A stretch of 64,000 bases of DNA from Octopus bimaculoides (lineage: Eukaryota): positions 79,967,500-80,031,499 of the forward strand of contig NC_068981.1 in the NCBI RefSeq assembly GCF_001194135.2, in the 5' to 3' direction. A program made the translations under genes and the position numbers. The number at the start of each line of letters is the position of its first letter. Position 1 is the stretch's first letter. The notes under the pieces were generated by a model. It worked only from the letters and a program-made list of their open reading frames with translations, made no database searches and was not told the origin of the DNA. Of this stretch, positions 61,250 through 64,000 are shown in pieces.

Positions 61250-62700
61250 GAAAAAGTGCAGGGAAGGAGTTCTCGAGAGCTTATGTTCAAGAGAGAAAGC
61301 ACTAGAGTTGGATACGTTATTAATAACAAGAGGAAGAGAGGCAAGGGATTGAGTGGAGATGAAGAGCAGAGGTCAATGTCATAGTAGTAGGACAAAACAA
61401 AGAGAGAGGACACATGGTTTGGGTGGTCTATTTTGTCTGTGTAGTAAAAGCAGCAGCAGTAACACTGTCCTTGATATGAGAAAACAGTACATCATTGTAT
61501 GTCTCACTTTAAGCTTTGTAAAGGGTTAGTAGTTATTAGGGACTAATGTATTTTCTGGCCTTGAACAGAAAAGGCCAGGATTTCCTATGCTGAGGGTTTG
61601 TAATTGTCAGATCTTCAGTGATGATAAATCCCTATCATTTTTTGGGATCTTGAGGATTCCAGTTGCATTTTGTTCATGTTTAGATATGAGTGGAGTGTGT
61701 ATTGTTTTCTTGGTATGTAGTAATTATGTCTTTCTGCAGTTAAAACAAAACAGTGTTGGCATAACTCTATTGGAATTGTGTCCAAGGCCTCTGTTCATGG
61801 AGTCGATGCAGATGACAGATGATATGTAGGTTTGTAAGGTGAAGGAGGCCTGAAATGTGGTATAATCTGCTCGGGAGAGCAACATTGAAGGTGATGCCAA
61901 GTAGGGCATTGATATATACACTCTCTGACTGGTTGGCGTTAGGAAGGGCATCCAGCTGTAGAAACTCTGCCAAATTAGATTGGAGCCTGGTGTTACCATC
62001 CGGTTTCACCAGTCCTCAGTCAAATCGTCCAACCCATGCTAGCATGGAAAGCAGACGTTAAACAATGATGATGATGATGAAGGAAGAATATGAAAGGCAA
62101 AAAAATTCAAAGCCTGGGACACAGTGTGGATCAGAGAGAGCTCCTCCAAGACACACTTCAGTAGATCTGGTATTACTGAAATCATACCATTGTGGCCATT
62201 AAAGAAGGATAGGGATTCTAGGTTTTGGAGAATGTTAATGACTATCTCCATCCACTTTCAGATATTTTAAAACAAGAGAGTAACAGATGAATTACTTCAT
62301 TGGGTTGTTGAGGTTACTGTTTTAGGGAATAGACCCTGCTGTAGCATGTTTCTAAAGATCAGGAGAGATCACAAGAGAGAAAGAGGGAGATACTGAAGAA
62401 TTTGTTGAGAATAGGGGCTAGGCCTGGCATGCATTCTTTGATGGTAATGGAAGGGACATTGTCAGGGTCAGTAATTTTGTTAGTCTGAAGTGACTGGAAG
62501 AGATTTTACATTTTGTTTGTGTACATATGTGATGGTAGATCTGGTAGAATGGAGTTAGATAGTTTTGGAGTAGAGTTAGCTTGTGTGTGCAGCTAACACC
62601 TCATGTGGAAGCTTTCTCTGCAGGAATACTATTTAGAAAATCATCACGATTGAGAAGTAGAAGGAAATATGATTCTACAAAGTTGGTGAAATCCTTTTGG
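61250..62700 (-). mobile_element. Highly decayed CR1/Jockey-group LINE RT region, interrupted by an RTE tail at ~61920-62080
   Basis: TDPDNVPSITIKEC.PGLAPILNKFF; MEIVINILQNLES; FNCRKT; FLFKARKYISP..LLTLYKA.VR.TM.YC. Confidence 0.6.
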
Positions 62701-63679
62701 CAAAAGACCAAAAGGGTCAGCTGCACTTTGGGAGGTAGTGGCGGTAGTATGATTGTATGAAAATATTCCTCATGTTTCAGTTGATGGCCTTGCAGTAAAA
62801 ACTCTCTTGGATTTACAGAGAGGTGAATCCAAGTGGTGCTGGCTATGTTCATTGCGAGACTGGTACTTTATTCTGTTGAGTCCCAGTGGGATGAAAAGCA
62901 AAGCTGATCTCAGTAGGATTTGAACACAGAACGCAAAGAACCAGAAGAGATACAGCTGAGAAGTTTTCTCATGCTCTAACAGTTCTACCAATCCACCAAC
63001 ATATTAAAATTTAATAATAATGCATGAAATAAGAGCTTTGATAAAGATTCTAAGATAAATGGCAAGAGAGAACATGCAAGATTACTATAGTAAACTTGCA
63101 TATTCTCAACCAGTTATATCACTAACTCAGTGTGGGAAAAGAAAACTGACTACAGCAAAAGCATCCAAAAAACAATTTTTACTTATCAAGAAATATTGTA
63201 TGTATGCTGTAAGAAAGATATGTGTGTGTGTATACATGTTGATATTAGAACAAATATACCTATCTCAATTGTAGTGTTTCAGTAAGTTACAAAAGGGTGT
63301 ATCTAAACCAGTTACCTGCAGCTAACCTTCTCATCTTTATCTCCTGCAAAAACAAAATAGTCTTGATAATGATAACAATGGGAAGAATTCTGTTTTACAC
63401 ACCACACACGCACACATACATGCATACATACATACATACATGCATACATGACCTTTGAACTTCTAGTAAAAATATAGAGTAATCTCTACAGCAATATTAG
63501 GATAAACTTTTTTCTTTTTGAACTGATAAGCTACAAATAAACTTGTAGATTATATTGAATTTAAGTTCCTGTTATAATAAATTTGATAATGTAATGCTAA
63601 TCTATTTGGGTGTTAACAAGGATGCTTAGTTCAGTTTATTTCATAGCTTTCATTATTTGATTGTACTGTTTATGTGAAT

Positions 63680-63967
63680 GTTATATAGACAAGTGATTGA
63701 GACCTTCAACAATATGCCATGCTTGAGTAGAAGACCCATCAAGCCAAGCGAAATTATAGTCATGGTGGATACTGGTGTCACACAATAGACACCCTTGCTG
63801 GTGGCACATAAAAGCACCCATCACACTCCCAGAGTGGTTGATGTTAGGAAGGGCATCCAGCTGTAGAAGCCATACCAAATCAGACTGGAGTCTAGTGCAG
63901 CCCCTCAGCTTGCCATCCTAGTTAAACAGTCCAATCCATGCCAGCATGGACAACAGACATTAAATGA

Positions 63968-63975
<8 letters not shown>
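63680..63975 (+). mobile_element. RTE 3' tail copy
   Basis: gagtagaagacccatcaagccaagcg..ggcacataaaagcacc..aggaagggcatccagctgtagaa..catgccagcatgg..(gat)n. Confidence 0.8.

Positions 63976-64000
<25 letters not shown>

Noticed and set aside
60501-64000. A sixth exon of the PAE-like gene
   Set aside because: No segment with suitable splice sites and family-like sequence was found; the next exon presumably lies beyond the window.

Overview
AT-rich, repeat-dense animal genomic DNA with assembly gaps, most likely an octopod cephalopod (inferred from the SINE/RTE repeat families and introns, not proven). There are two host genes, both on the + strand. The first is an intact, single-coding-exon Toll-like receptor of the protostome multiple-cysteine-cluster type (6474-9842, 1122 aa). 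The second is the first five coding exons of a pectin-acetylesterase/Notum-family alpha/beta hydrolase with a predicted N-terminal membrane anchor (48257-60500; the gene continues beyond the window). Nearly everything else is transposon debris: hAT and Chapaev3-like transposases, three mariner relics, a decayed Ty3/Gypsy element with one LTR and its PPT, a Merlin element with perfect TIRs and an 8-bp TSD nested in an RLE-type LINE, several RTE LINEs, a Penelope-like element with a GIY-YIG domain, CR1/Jockey-like fragments, MITEs and many tRNA-derived SINEs. The most interesting non-genic signal is a minimal Penelope-type hammerhead ribozyme with an intact core (1062-1107, minus strand) joined through an (AAT)n tract to a tRNA-Arg-like SINE head. 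This suggests a hammerhead-bearing SINE that may be mobilised by Penelope-like elements. All calls were made by eye from the sequence and the ORF track; no searches were run, and repeat boundaries are approximate unless TIRs or TSDs are given.
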